Assembly (NCBI GenBank): GCA_963724325.1
Contig: CAVRUH010000007.1
Location: forward strand, 96,001-160,000
Source of the DNA: Waddliaceae bacterium
Lineage (GTDB): Bacteria > Chlamydiota > Chlamydiia > Chlamydiales > Waddliaceae
Length of the DNA stretch: 64,000 bases
Reading direction: 5' to 3'
Numbering within the stretch: the stretch's first letter is position 1; every line of letters starts with the position of its first letter. Positions 29,082 through 39,333 of this stretch are shown piece after piece. The position numbers were made by a program, and so were the translations under genes. A model generated the notes under the pieces. That model was not told where the DNA came from. It saw only the letters and a list, made by a program, of their open reading frames with translations, and did not search any database.

Positions 29082-31991
29082 TTATTCTCTCCGATAGTTT
29101 AAAATTTCAGAGGACTTGCTCATCTTCACTAAGAGAAGAAGATTCTTTTTATCTAGGGCAAGATGTTTTGGAGTCACCCCTTTCTTGTTTTTGATTTCAT
29201 AGCTAGCTCCTGCATCAATTAAACGAAGTGCTGCCTCATAATTATCACATTCAATGGCGCAATGTAAGGGAGTATTTCCATCATAGCTTCTATAATCCAA
29301 CGGATGTCCCAATTTTATCAGTTCATCTACAAGCGCAAGCGATAATTTAATATTCTTGGATTTTTGAATGTCTACAGCATAATGGAGAGGGCTTGGCTCT
29401 CCATCTCTGATCCTTTGTTTTCCTCCATGCTTCCAAGCAAAACGGATCATGTCCCTGAGGACTTCCAACCGTTCGAAGGAGATATTTTTGTTTTCCTGAG
29501 AAACGTAATGAAAGCCGAACAATTCAATTTTTATATTATTAATTTCTAGGCGTATGAGCCTTGACTTAACTTCTTCCCATTGAGCTTGCGAGGGACACAT
29601 CTTCCCAAAGGCCATGTAAATACTACTAAGGGCATCTTCATCAAGCAAATGAAAACCCGCTTTAATTTGATGCTTGGTAAATAGGATGTCATATACCTTG
29701 CAGCGGTGTTCTTCAGAAAGTTTAAAGAAGCAAGAATGGTTCTTGCTAAGTCCATTGAAAAGTTCTCTCAAGGCACATCCATATATAGCCTTCTTATCTT
29801 CATCGTTGTAGTTTTGTGATATTTCTTCTAACAGATGAAAAAGAACCAGGTAGTGTGTTTGCTTTTTTTTGTTGCTTGCAAGTTTGAAACAAATGTATTC
29901 AAAAAGATTATGATCTCCATAACGATGAAAAATCCATCTTGGATGATTCAATAGAAGCTTAGGAATAATAATCCCAGCATCCTCAGATGATGCAAATTTG
30001 AAGAGGGGGACATACCTCTCAATGTAATACTGATTGGGTATGATTTTTAAGATTGCCTCGAAGGATTCCAAGTTGTCTTTATTGCATGATTTAATTACAT
30101 AACTAATGATATTTCCTTGATTTTCTTTTAAAAATTCATTTCTTACTGACTGAGGGAGTTTTCCCATTATTTCAATAAATATCTCCGCATAGTTTTGAGC
30201 TATTAATTCTAACAAAAGATGAGTCGATGTTGTATCAATAATAAAGTCAGTTGAAATGCTCCTATCTACAAAATTCTTAATTAACTGATTGAGAATTTCA
30301 TTTTTTATTATCGGATCCTTTAATTGCATAATCAATTTAAATTGATATGCTTTCCGAACAGGATTGTCAAGTAAACATCTATTGTTGGTTTTATTTATAA
30401 GATATTTAACAACTTCAATATGTCCTTTCATAATGGCAGCCATCACAGGAGTTAGCATCATCATCTTAGTCTTGAAGATGTCCTCTTCTTCTTCTGTAAG
30501 TGAATAAGAAAAAGTTAACCCCCTAGGCAAATCATATGGCCAATTCTCAATTTCTTTCAGCTTCCCAAATTTGCAAGCAATATAGAATCGAAAATAATCC
30601 TCTGTGATTGTCGAAAGAGATGCACCTCCATCTAGAAGGGCTTCAATGATTTCATCCAATGTGTTAACTTCAAAATATCCTTGCAATTTCAGTGCATTCA
30701 CTTGAAGTCCATTCTCTATTAGGAATCTAATGGCCTTTCCGCTTTGAGGCAGGTTCCGTTCGCAGATTAACTGTAATAATGTGGTGTCGCTTGAAAAGTC
30801 TGCTCCGAATTCCTTAAATAGAGTAAGCAAAGAATAAATTTCTTTGCCAGTGCTGCATCTTTCAATTTGACAGAAGACTGGTGTTCTTTGTACTCCATTT
30901 AGTTCATTGGGTTTTTCTCCTATTTCCAATAAACGACGCACATAATTCATATGAGATATATGTAGAGCAGTATTCTCAGTTTTTTTGTTTTTTTGACCCG
31001 GAATGTATGCGCCAAATTCATATAAAATTCTGGGAATCGCATCGGATCCATCTTTTTCTAATATTAGAAAAACGTTGTTTTTGATGGTTTGCAAGTCACC
31101 ATGTGAACCTAAATATTCGAGAACAAATGCATTTATATTAGACCCATGAATATGGAATTCAAGTGGTGTTCGTCCTTTTTCATCTCTTGCGGTCACTGAA
31201 GCCCCGTTTTCAATGAGTAAAATAAGAATTTCTTTCATCTCATCGGACCAATGAAAATAAAGAAAGCAAAATGCATGATGCAATAAACTAGGTATATTTC
31301 CAGGTTTAGCACCTGCTTGAATAAGTAATTTAACACCTTGGAGGTGAGTACAACATTCCAGAAATAGATCGTCTAGAATTTCTTTAGAAGGAAATATCTT
31401 AAGTAATCTTTGAATCTCTTCGTATTTCTTGATTCTAAGTAAAGCTAAGAATAGATTTTTAATTTCGGCTTTATTCACTTTTTCGAAGGTATATTCTGCA
31501 AAAACTTCTGCATTTTTATCGCATATGTATTCTAAAGCACACTTTAGAACTGTCTCTTCAGAGTATTCAAGGAAGCGTTTTTTGTCACTCATCGGAGTAA
31601 CAGCCCACACTTGATAAAGAAGTTCATTTGAAATAGCATATTTTAGGATCCAATTAGAATTGATGTTATGCAACAACCATGAGCAAAGCATAGGAGCAGG
31701 AAGTATATTAATGGATTCGGCTTTAAGATGTCCCAATGAGAAATTACATCGTAGCCCTAAGAAATTGAGAGCTATGTAACAAATCCGTGCAAGTTTGGCG
31801 TCTTTTGTTTCATTTAGCCATTCGACTACAATATTCGTATTAAAAATAGAATTTTTGATTCTAGAAATCTGTTTTGTCCAAAACTCATAACCTAATGCTT
31901 TGACACGTGCATCTAAACCTTTGCAGCATGGAGCAAGCCTTGCAACATCATTTGCAGAGAAGCGCTCTAAAAATATTCCGATCGGTTCCAT
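29082..31991 (-). CDS. Ankyrin-repeat protein with degenerate F-box-like N-terminus (candidate effector)
   Basis: GRTPL, TPVMAAIMKGH, DGNTPLHCAIECDNYEAALRLIDAGA; N-terminal FLERFSANDVARLAPCCK. Confidence 0.85.
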   Translation of the reverse strand: MEPIGIFLERFSANDVARLAPCCKGLDARVKALGYEFWTKQISRIKNSIFNTNIVVEWLNETKDAKLARICYIALNFLGLRCNFSLGHLKAESINILPAPMLCSWLLHNINSNWILKYAISNELLYQVWAVTPMSDKKRFLEYSEETVLKCALEYICDKNAEVFAEYTFEKVNKAEIKNLFLALLRIKKYEEIQRLLKIFPSKEILDDLFLECCTHLQGVKLLIQAGAKPGNIPSLLHHAFCFLYFHWSDEMKEILILLIENGASVTARDEKGRTPLEFHIHGSNINAFVLEYLGSHGDLQTIKNNVFLILEKDGSDAIPRILYEFGAYIPGQKNKKTENTALHISHMNYVRRLLEIGEKPNELNGVQRTPVFCQIERCSTGKEIYSLLTLFKEFGADFSSDTTLLQLICERNLPQSGKAIRFLIENGLQVNALKLQGYFEVNTLDEIIEALLDGGASLSTITEDYFRFYIACKFGKLKEIENWPYDLPRGLTFSYSLTEEEEDIFKTKMMMLTPVMAAIMKGHIEVVKYLINKTNNRCLLDNPVRKAYQFKLIMQLKDPIIKNEILNQLIKNFVDRSISTDFIIDTTSTHLLLELIAQNYAEIFIEIMGKLPQSVRNEFLKENQGNIISYVIKSCNKDNLESFEAILKIIPNQYYIERYVPLFKFASSEDAGIIIPKLLLNHPRWIFHRYGDHNLFEYICFKLASNKKKQTHYLVLFHLLEEISQNYNDEDKKAIYGCALRELFNGLSKNHSCFFKLSEEHRCKVYDILFTKHQIKAGFHLLDEDALSSIYMAFGKMCPSQAQWEEVKSRLIRLEINNIKIELFGFHYVSQENKNISFERLEVLRDMIRFAWKHGGKQRIRDGEPSPLHYAVDIQKSKNIKLSLALVDELIKLGHPLDYRSYDGNTPLHCAIECDNYEAALRLIDAGASYEIKNKKGVTPKHLALDKKNLLLLVKMSKSSEILNYRRE

Positions 31992-32009
31992 CTAAATCTA
32001 TCCCCTTAT

Positions 32010-34736
32010 TTATTGATCAATAAACAATGCCTTTGCAACTTCAAAGTTACCTTCTTCGCAAATAATCTTGTACATAGAAGCATTCGGAGAATATCCTTTC
32101 TTAATTAAATCTCGAATAAGAGAAATCCATTTTATACAACAGGCAGTGTGCAATGGGGATTCATAGGGCCAGACTGCTCCATATTCCATCACATCAATAA
32201 AAACCATTCGAGCAATTTCATCGAAATTTGGGTGTTCATTTGGGTCGGGCTTGAAATCACCATCTTCGAACATGTGTAAAGGCGACAGTCGTTTGTAATA
32301 GAAATGTACTTTTAGATGTTTGGCTGCTCCTTTTTCACAAGCATATTGGATCATCTCTTTTAATACTGCCCTGCATTCATTCCACTCACCTTCACTTTGG
32401 GGCTGGTGATCCTTCCAAAACTGTCCAAATTTTCGAGCGGCCCAGCATAGACTATGCAGTACTGTTCCCCCCTTATCAATAGGATTTGGGAATTCTGGTA
32501 TACGATCCAAAGCCTTCCTTATGGCATTCCAGAATGGGCGTCTTGGCCATGAATTATTGCATGTATAGAAGGAATTGATTGGCCATTTCTGATTTTCGTC
32601 AAATTCAAAACATGAAAGAATGGAACTATATTCTTCCTCGCTCAGGTTTGCACTAGAACCTTGCCTTGCAAACAAATTGAGAGCTTTCTCGATCTCTTCC
32701 TTCCCATTTTTGTCATCTTTTGCAAGTGATATTGCCTTTTTGAGAAGCTCCAAGACACTATTTGAAGGACGATAAAGAATAAGATTCACGACGAGCATCT
32801 TAATGCACATGGAAAAGTTAAAAACTTCTGGATTGAGAAGAATCCATGTTGCGACCTTATCTTGAAGTTTTGAATTTTCAAAAATAATATCCAATAGATG
32901 GACAAAATATGCTGCACTGGTTTTACTGATATCTATCATGTATTGATCAAATTCTATCTCACTAATTCTTCCTCCGATGTATTCTCTGGCTGGATTGTGA
33001 AAGTACCATTTAATACAATCAGAGAAAATCTTTACTTTTTTTTCCTGGCTGAATTTATCGGCGATAGTTTTATAGAAAACATACCCATTTTTTTCAAATA
33101 TTTCTGGCAAGTTTGGATTACAGGCAATTTGCTGCCTCTCAAGCAACTCCATTAAAGGATCAATCAATGTCAGGTCCTTTACGTCATTGATTAGACATCC
33201 TCCATCATTGATATCAAGAATAGGATGACAGTGTTCAAGTAGATAGAGGATTTTTTCCTTATTGCCGACTTCAATTTCTTTACGCAATGCCTGACCGGCG
33301 TTTATACCTGTGAGATGTTCAATCGATATTTTACCCAAATCGTATAACCTTTCAAATGCCCGTTCAGGTTTGATATGCTTAAAGGTACCATCTTTTTCAC
33401 AAAAAGTTTCCCCATGTTTTAAGCAGTATTCTAGTATTTTAGTATCATTTTTATATAGATGAATGACAGAGGGACCTCCCTCGTAAATAGGTCCTAAAGG
33501 ATATCCCGCTTCCATTATAAGAAATCGTACGATAGCATAGTCGCACGAATACTTACGGTCTTGTAATTCATGCAGTAAAGATTTCCCATTAGGCATAGGG
33601 CGCCTAAAATCGAACAAATGCTCGTGAAATACGCGCAGAATACCCATGGGTATATTATTATTTTTTTGGCTTAGAATTTTTTCAAGTGGTAAATCACCAT
33701 ATTTGTCTGCTGCATAAGGGTCGCATCCTGCATAAAGAAGGATATCGACCATTTGCTCTCTATGTTTATTTTTAATATGGTCATCTCTGATTATTCGATT
33801 CAAGAAATTATTTTTATTTTCATTTTCCCTCGGAAAAAGAATTTCCAAAACGCGGAGACTTACTAATGGAATCTTTTTGTCAGAACAGGCTTTTGCTACA
33901 TAGGGTCCTAATAAGGTACCCTCTAAAGAATTGCCATGATCTATAAACCAGCGAATGAGTCTTACGGACATTTTGGACCTTTTTTCTAAAAAGCTGTATA
34001 AAAAATCATCCGGAATTTTCCTGCCGACACTGATGGCATCTAGTAATTCAATCATGATGTCGTCACTGAATTTTTCTGTTACAAATAACATCCACTTGAA
34101 ATCGGTTACCTGAAATTTAAGATCTAGTAATTTTTTGATGACAACATAATTTTCAGACTGCAGGGCATAGTACAAGGGGTTGCCTTTGAGGTTTTTGGCA
34201 AATGGCAGAACTTTAGCTATGCCATCTTGATTTCCAGTCCGAAAAAATCCTATCAGAATGTACCTAAGGAGGTCTTCTTTTTTGTTATTTTCAGTAATGT
34301 CTTTAATCCAACCCCTATTCAGGAATTCCATAAATGTCTTGGTGCATGCTTCAAGTTGGAAAGCGTAAATATTCGCATTGGTAGAGAGGTCTTCGATAAT
34401 CCATCGAGAGATTTTTGGGTAAGATAATTCCTTATTTTCATCAGAAAGTGAGTGCCATAATGATGAAATGTCATTGAATTTCAGACTTTCCTTATTGCGT
34501 ACTACCTCAACCCAAGCAATTTTTATGGCCAAAGGTGCTCCATTTGTAATCCTAGACCAGTTCACGTATGAAGAGTGAGCGTCTTTTAACCAAATCTTTT
34601 TTATAACCTCTTGTGCAACTTGTATTGTTTCATCACTATCTTGATGAATGATCGTATGAGACCAAGCAGTAACGGCCTTTGTAAAATTATCTTCCAATTG
34701 TCTTGGAGATAGAGGTGTAGAAGTGGTGGGTGTCAT
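32010..34736 (-). CDS. Ankyrin-repeat protein (paralog of 34811..37585)
   Basis: NPLYYAL, DKYGDLPL, GGTVLH, ESPLHTAC; S/T-rich N-terminus; AGGAG RBS. Confidence 0.85.
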   Translation of the reverse strand: MTPTTSTPLSPRQLEDNFTKAVTAWSHTIIHQDSDETIQVAQEVIKKIWLKDAHSSYVNWSRITNGAPLAIKIAWVEVVRNKESLKFNDISSLWHSLSDENKELSYPKISRWIIEDLSTNANIYAFQLEACTKTFMEFLNRGWIKDITENNKKEDLLRYILIGFFRTGNQDGIAKVLPFAKNLKGNPLYYALQSENYVVIKKLLDLKFQVTDFKWMLFVTEKFSDDIMIELLDAISVGRKIPDDFLYSFLEKRSKMSVRLIRWFIDHGNSLEGTLLGPYVAKACSDKKIPLVSLRVLEILFPRENENKNNFLNRIIRDDHIKNKHREQMVDILLYAGCDPYAADKYGDLPLEKILSQKNNNIPMGILRVFHEHLFDFRRPMPNGKSLLHELQDRKYSCDYAIVRFLIMEAGYPLGPIYEGGPSVIHLYKNDTKILEYCLKHGETFCEKDGTFKHIKPERAFERLYDLGKISIEHLTGINAGQALRKEIEVGNKEKILYLLEHCHPILDINDGGCLINDVKDLTLIDPLMELLERQQIACNPNLPEIFEKNGYVFYKTIADKFSQEKKVKIFSDCIKWYFHNPAREYIGGRISEIEFDQYMIDISKTSAAYFVHLLDIIFENSKLQDKVATWILLNPEVFNFSMCIKMLVVNLILYRPSNSVLELLKKAISLAKDDKNGKEEIEKALNLFARQGSSANLSEEEYSSILSCFEFDENQKWPINSFYTCNNSWPRRPFWNAIRKALDRIPEFPNPIDKGGTVLHSLCWAARKFGQFWKDHQPQSEGEWNECRAVLKEMIQYACEKGAAKHLKVHFYYKRLSPLHMFEDGDFKPDPNEHPNFDEIARMVFIDVMEYGAVWPYESPLHTACCIKWISLIRDLIKKGYSPNASMYKIICEEGNFEVAKALFIDQ

Positions 34737-34810
34737 TATGCAGCTCCTATCTTTGTTCGATTTTTTCTTTTCGCAAATAATAATACATTCAGAATTTTAA
34801 TAATGCCATT

Positions 34811-37585
34811 TCAATCTATTCCTCTATTTTTTTGATCAATAAGAAATGCTTTTGCAACTCGCAAGTCACCATTTTGGCTAATGATATCGTAGACAGAGTT
34901 ACCGTATTTATCTAGAGCATCCAGAGAATGCCCTTTCTTAATTAATTCTCGAAAGAGAGAAAGCCATCCAATGTGGCAGGCAGTGTGCAAGGGCGTTTCA
35001 TTTGGAGAGATTGCTCCATATTCCATCACATCAATAAAAACCATTCGAGCAATTTCATCAAAATTTGGGTGTTCACCAGGAATTTTCTCCAAACGACTAT
35101 CTATGAACATGTGCAAAGGGGACTGTCGTTTAAAACAGTAATATGCTTCTAGATGTTTGCATGCTCCTCTTTCACATGCATATTGGATCATCTCCTTTAA
35201 GACTGCCTTGCATTCATTCCACTCACTTTCGCTTTGAGGCTGTTGATCCTTCCATGATGACCCAAAAGATCGAACGGACAGACATATTTTATGAAGTACT
35301 GTTATCCCTTTGTTATTTGGATTTGAAAAGTCGGGTATACGATTAAAAGCCTTTCTTACTGCATTCCAGAATGGGCGTCTCGGCCATGTTTTTTGGCATT
35401 CATAGAATGATTTCACCGGCCATTCCTGATTTTCGCCTAATTCAATACATGAAAGAATGGAATCATATTCTTCCTCGCTCAGGTTTGCACTAGAACCTTC
35501 AATAGCAAACCAATGCATAGCTTTTTGGATCTCTTGCCTGCCATTCTCAGTCTTTTTAGCAAGTGCCATTGCTTTTTTGAGAAGGTCGATTACATGGTTT
35601 GAGGGTCGATAAAGAATAAGATTTGCAACAAGCATCTTAATGCACTTGGGAAAGTTAAAAACTTTCGGATTAAGGAGAATCCATGTTGCGATCTCATGCT
35701 GATGTTTTGCTTTTTCAAAAAGAGCATCTAGTAGATGGACTAAATATTTTGCACTAATTTTGCTGATATCTGTAATGAATTGATTCCACTCTAGCTTATC
35801 AATTTTTTCTCTGAAGTATCCTCCAGCTGGGGTGTCATAGGGGTTCCATTTACTTTCATAAGACAAAATCTTTACTTTTTCTTCATGGCTGAATTTATCG
35901 GCTATTGTTTTATAGAAAACATACCCATTTTTTTCAAATATTTCTGGCAAGTTTGGTTTACAGACAATTTGCTGCCTTGTAAATAACTCCAGTAAGGGAT
36001 CAATCAAGGTAAGATCCTTTACGTAATTGATTAGATATCCTCCATCTTGAATATAAAGAATAGGATTACAGTGCTCCAGAATATAGAGAATTCTTTCCTT
36101 ATTGCCGTTTATAATTTCTTTATACAATGCCCGACCGGCAGTTTGTCCTGTGAGAGATTCTATCGGCTTTTTACCCAAATCGTAAAGCCTGTCAAATGCA
36201 CTTTCAGGTTTAGTGTGCTTAAAGGTACCATCTTTTTCACAAAAAGTTTCTCCATGCTCTAAGCAGTATTCTAATATTTCATTAAAGTGTGAAAATAGAT
36301 GAATGATAGAGGGACCTCCCTCATAAATGGGTCCTAAAGGATATCCAATTTCCATTATAAGAAATCGCATGATTTCATAACTAATAATATGCGTCTTGTC
36401 TTCTATTTGGTGCAGTAAAGATTTGCCATTAGTCAGTGGGCGCTTAAAATCGTACTGATGCTTACAAAATACCTTTAGAATATCCATAGCTATGTCTTCT
36501 TTTTCCCATCCTAAAATTGCTTCAAGAGGAAATTCGCCATATTGATCTTTTTCATAGGGGTTACATCCTGCATAAAGTAGGATATCGACAATTTGCGGTT
36601 TAGTTTCTTTTACAATATATTTATCATTAAGCATTCGATTTATACAATCATCTTTATTGTCATTTTTCCAAGGAAAAACACATCTTGCCATGTGGAGATT
36701 GGATAGAGGAATCTGGATATCAGGAGAGGCCACGGCCACATAAGGACCTAATAAGGTATCATCTAAGGAATTACCACGATCTACAAACCATCGAATAAGT
36801 CTTACGGACATTGTGGACCTTTCCTCTAAAAAGCAGCGTAAAAAATCATCAGGAATTGTCTTGCCGACATAAATGATATCTAGCAATTCAATCATTCTAT
36901 CGTCACCGAATTGTTCTGGTAAAAGCAACATTGATTTGAAATCGGTTACCTGAAATCCTCGATCAAGTAACTTTTTGATGTCATCATAATCTCCATTCCG
37001 CAGAGCAAAGTATAGGGGGTCATAGTTGATATTTTTGTCAATTTTCAGAACTTTATTTATGCCATCTTGATTTCCAGAACGGCTAATTCCTATCAAAATG
37101 TACCTATAGAGCTCTTTTTTCTTATTACTTTCAGCAATGTCCTTAACCCAACCCCTATCCAGGAATTCCAGAAATGTCTCCGAGAAGCTTTCAAGATAGA
37201 AGTTGTAAATTGACTCTTTGGTGGTGAGGTCTTCAAGAGCCCGCTGAGCCCACTGTGATATTTTTGGATATGCTAATTTTTTATTTGCATCAGAAAGTGA
37301 CTGCCATAATGATGAAATATGATCGAATATCAAACATTCATTATTGTGTGCTATCTGAACCAAAGCAAATTTTATTGCCAAAGGCGCTCCCTTGGTTGCA
37401 CTAGACCAGTCCAAAGATTTTGAGTGAGTGTCTTTTAACCAAATCTTTTTAATTATCTCCTGAGCAACTTGTATTGTTTCAGCACTATCATCATGAATGA
37501 TCGTATGAGACCAAGCATTAACGGCCTCTGTAAAATTGACCTCCATTTGGGTTGGAGATATTGTTGTAGAAGTGGTGGGTATCAT
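34811..37585 (-). CDS. Ankyrin-repeat protein (paralog of 32010..34736)
   Basis: DPLYFAL, DQYGEFPL, GITVLH, ETPLHTAC, DKYGNS; AGGAG RBS. Confidence 0.85.
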   Translation of the reverse strand: MIPTTSTTISPTQMEVNFTEAVNAWSHTIIHDDSAETIQVAQEIIKKIWLKDTHSKSLDWSSATKGAPLAIKFALVQIAHNNECLIFDHISSLWQSLSDANKKLAYPKISQWAQRALEDLTTKESIYNFYLESFSETFLEFLDRGWVKDIAESNKKKELYRYILIGISRSGNQDGINKVLKIDKNINYDPLYFALRNGDYDDIKKLLDRGFQVTDFKSMLLLPEQFGDDRMIELLDIIYVGKTIPDDFLRCFLEERSTMSVRLIRWFVDRGNSLDDTLLGPYVAVASPDIQIPLSNLHMARCVFPWKNDNKDDCINRMLNDKYIVKETKPQIVDILLYAGCNPYEKDQYGEFPLEAILGWEKEDIAMDILKVFCKHQYDFKRPLTNGKSLLHQIEDKTHIISYEIMRFLIMEIGYPLGPIYEGGPSIIHLFSHFNEILEYCLEHGETFCEKDGTFKHTKPESAFDRLYDLGKKPIESLTGQTAGRALYKEIINGNKERILYILEHCNPILYIQDGGYLINYVKDLTLIDPLLELFTRQQIVCKPNLPEIFEKNGYVFYKTIADKFSHEEKVKILSYESKWNPYDTPAGGYFREKIDKLEWNQFITDISKISAKYLVHLLDALFEKAKHQHEIATWILLNPKVFNFPKCIKMLVANLILYRPSNHVIDLLKKAMALAKKTENGRQEIQKAMHWFAIEGSSANLSEEEYDSILSCIELGENQEWPVKSFYECQKTWPRRPFWNAVRKAFNRIPDFSNPNNKGITVLHKICLSVRSFGSSWKDQQPQSESEWNECKAVLKEMIQYACERGACKHLEAYYCFKRQSPLHMFIDSRLEKIPGEHPNFDEIARMVFIDVMEYGAISPNETPLHTACHIGWLSLFRELIKKGHSLDALDKYGNSVYDIISQNGDLRVAKAFLIDQKNRGID

Positions 37586-37653
37586 TGTGCAGCTCCTATC
37601 TTTGATCGACTTTTTCTTTTGGCAAATTATAATGCATTCTGAATTTTAAGACC

Positions 37654-37670
37654 ACCGTAATCTTTACGGT
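37654..37670 (-). promoter_or_regulatory. Second lux-box-like palindrome, upstream of the ankyrin gene promoter
   Basis: ACCGTAA-tct-TTACGGT, 22 nt before minus-strand TATAAT (37631-37626). Confidence 0.6.
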
Positions 37671-37688
37671 ATACAGACTCCTAATTTC

Positions 37689-37837
37689 AGAGGGTGCATT
37701 AGATTCTTGTATGGAGCGACCCAATTCATTGGGTCTTTTTCCGAGTCCAATTCATTGGGCTCGGTAGGGGACGATACCTTGCCATTCACATTGCGAAGGT
37801 TCAGATGGGACATTCTGCCGCAAGCAAGTTTTTCATA
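37689..37837. repeat. 149-bp direct repeat X, copy 1 (copy 2 at 38189-38337), containing two CCCAATTCATTGGG-type hairpins
   Basis: 4 mismatches between copies; GACCCAATTCATTGGGTC and CCGAGTCCAATTCATTGGGCTCGG. Confidence 0.92.
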
Positions 37838-37944
37838 CGGAGCAACAATCAAAAACGGACATCCATTATTATCTTTCGGTAAAAGTGTCATAGTGTAGAT
37901 ATTTTAACAGAATTGATCTATGAATTCCCTGACATTTAGATTAT
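37838..37944 (-). pseudogene. 107-bp duplicate of the prpD 3' end and dus 5' end (original at 39268-39374)
   Basis: 3 mismatches; encodes MTLLPKDNNGCPFLIVAP then runs into repeat X. Confidence 0.9.
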
Positions 37945-38219
37945 TTAGTGAGGCATTACGGCAATTGACTGATGATGAGCGAAAAATGTTGCATATAAAA
38001 ACCTTTGGATCTGCTAAAATAGTATCCTCGAAAGGTGTAGGTAGTGCAGTGAATTATGTAAACACTAGAGATTTGGTGCCATTGATTTCGGGCTGTATTG
38101 GTGTTATCAGAAGCATGTTTGACAAGGACTACGATGTCCGCGAAGACGATTCTGAGTCCTATGAGGAGGCCCTTCGCATTGTCCGTGAAGAGGGCGCATT
38201 AGATTCCTGTATGGAGTGA
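37945..38219 (+). pseudogene. 3' fragment of an unknown gene convergent on dus
   Basis: Open frame whose apparent N-terminus is borrowed from the duplicated segment. Confidence 0.45.
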
Positions 38220-38337
38220 CCCAATTCATTGGGTCTTTTTCCGAGTCCAATTCATTGGGCTCGGTAGGGGACGATACCTTGCCATTCACATTGCGAAGGT
38301 TCAGATGGGACATTCTGCGGCAAGCAAGTTTTTCATA
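38189..38337. repeat. 149-bp direct repeat X, copy 2 (REP-like doublet downstream of dus)
   Basis: Matches 37689-37837 at an offset of 500 bp. Confidence 0.92.
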
Positions 38338-38343
38338 AGTTCC

Positions 38344-39321
38344 TCAGGAACCCAGGTTACTCTTCATAGTTGTTAAAATACGGTCCATAAATGATTCAAA
38401 ATTAGGGCTGACTGTGGTGAGCATTTCTTGACGCTTCGCAAGCAACAAAGGACTTCCCTTAAAGAGAAAGCTCAAAAGCTGCTTCATTTTATTGATTTTA
38501 TTCCTCTCAGACATATCTTCGACCATCTGAGCGCGATACACATCAATATAGCGATGCAAAGCTTCTTGATCATTAACATGCGTCGTTCCAGCAAAATGAG
38601 CTTTAATCTGATGAAATATAAAGGGATTAATCAGGCTTCCTCGGCCAATCATGAGAGCATCGCATTTGGTCTCCTGAAGCATCCTCAAAGCATCTTCAAC
38701 ATCGAGTATATCACCATTCCCCACCACAGGTATTTTAAGCAGCGACTTTGCCTCCGCAATCAAATCCCACTTCGCCGGCGGTCCATATCCATCCACCTTA
38801 GTACGGGGATGCAGCGTTATATAGCTCGCCCCGCTTTCTTGAGCAGCCAACAAATTCTCTCTAAATAACGAGGTGTCTTCAAATCCCGACCGCATTTTAA
38901 TGGTCACCGGAATATTCACGGCCTTTACCATCGCTCGTGCATTTTCATGGAGAAAATTAGGGTCCTTAAGCAAGCTCGATCCTGCTCCACGGCCAGTGAC
39001 AGTATTTGATGGGCAGCCGCAGTTGAGGTCGATCCTGTGCGCACCACGTTTGGCGATTTCCTGCGCCATAGCTCCCATGAGCTCAGGGTCAGAGCCCATC
39101 ACCTGTGCTGCTAGAGGAATAGGTGTTGTCTCTTTCGGATCATACCTTTTGGCTAAGCTTTGCACATGAGCGTTCGAAGGAACTCTAATAAAATCAGTTA
39201 CTGCCTCATCAAATCCGCCCACAGACGCAATCGCCTTTCTAAAAGCGCGATCTCCAACTCCTTCCATCGGAGCAACAATCAAAAACGGACATCCATTATT
39301 ATCTTTTGGTAAAAGTGTCAT
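38344..39321 (-). CDS. tRNA-dihydrouridine synthase (Dus family)
   Basis: APMEGV, IDLNCGCP, GAGSSLL, LHPRT, GNGDI, MIGRG. Confidence 0.95.
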   Translation of the reverse strand: MTLLPKDNNGCPFLIVAPMEGVGDRAFRKAIASVGGFDEAVTDFIRVPSNAHVQSLAKRYDPKETTPIPLAAQVMGSDPELMGAMAQEIAKRGAHRIDLNCGCPSNTVTGRGAGSSLLKDPNFLHENARAMVKAVNIPVTIKMRSGFEDTSLFRENLLAAQESGASYITLHPRTKVDGYGPPAKWDLIAEAKSLLKIPVVGNGDILDVEDALRMLQETKCDALMIGRGSLINPFIFHQIKAHFAGTTHVNDQEALHRYIDVYRAQMVEDMSERNKINKMKQLLSFLFKGSPLLLAKRQEMLTTVSPNFESFMDRILTTMKSNLGS

Positions 39322-39333
39322 AGTGTAGATATT

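Noticed and set aside
37689..38337. DGR template/variable repeat pair or retron ncRNA
   Set aside because: Mismatches are not adenine-specific and no reverse transcriptase motif is seen anywhere in the window
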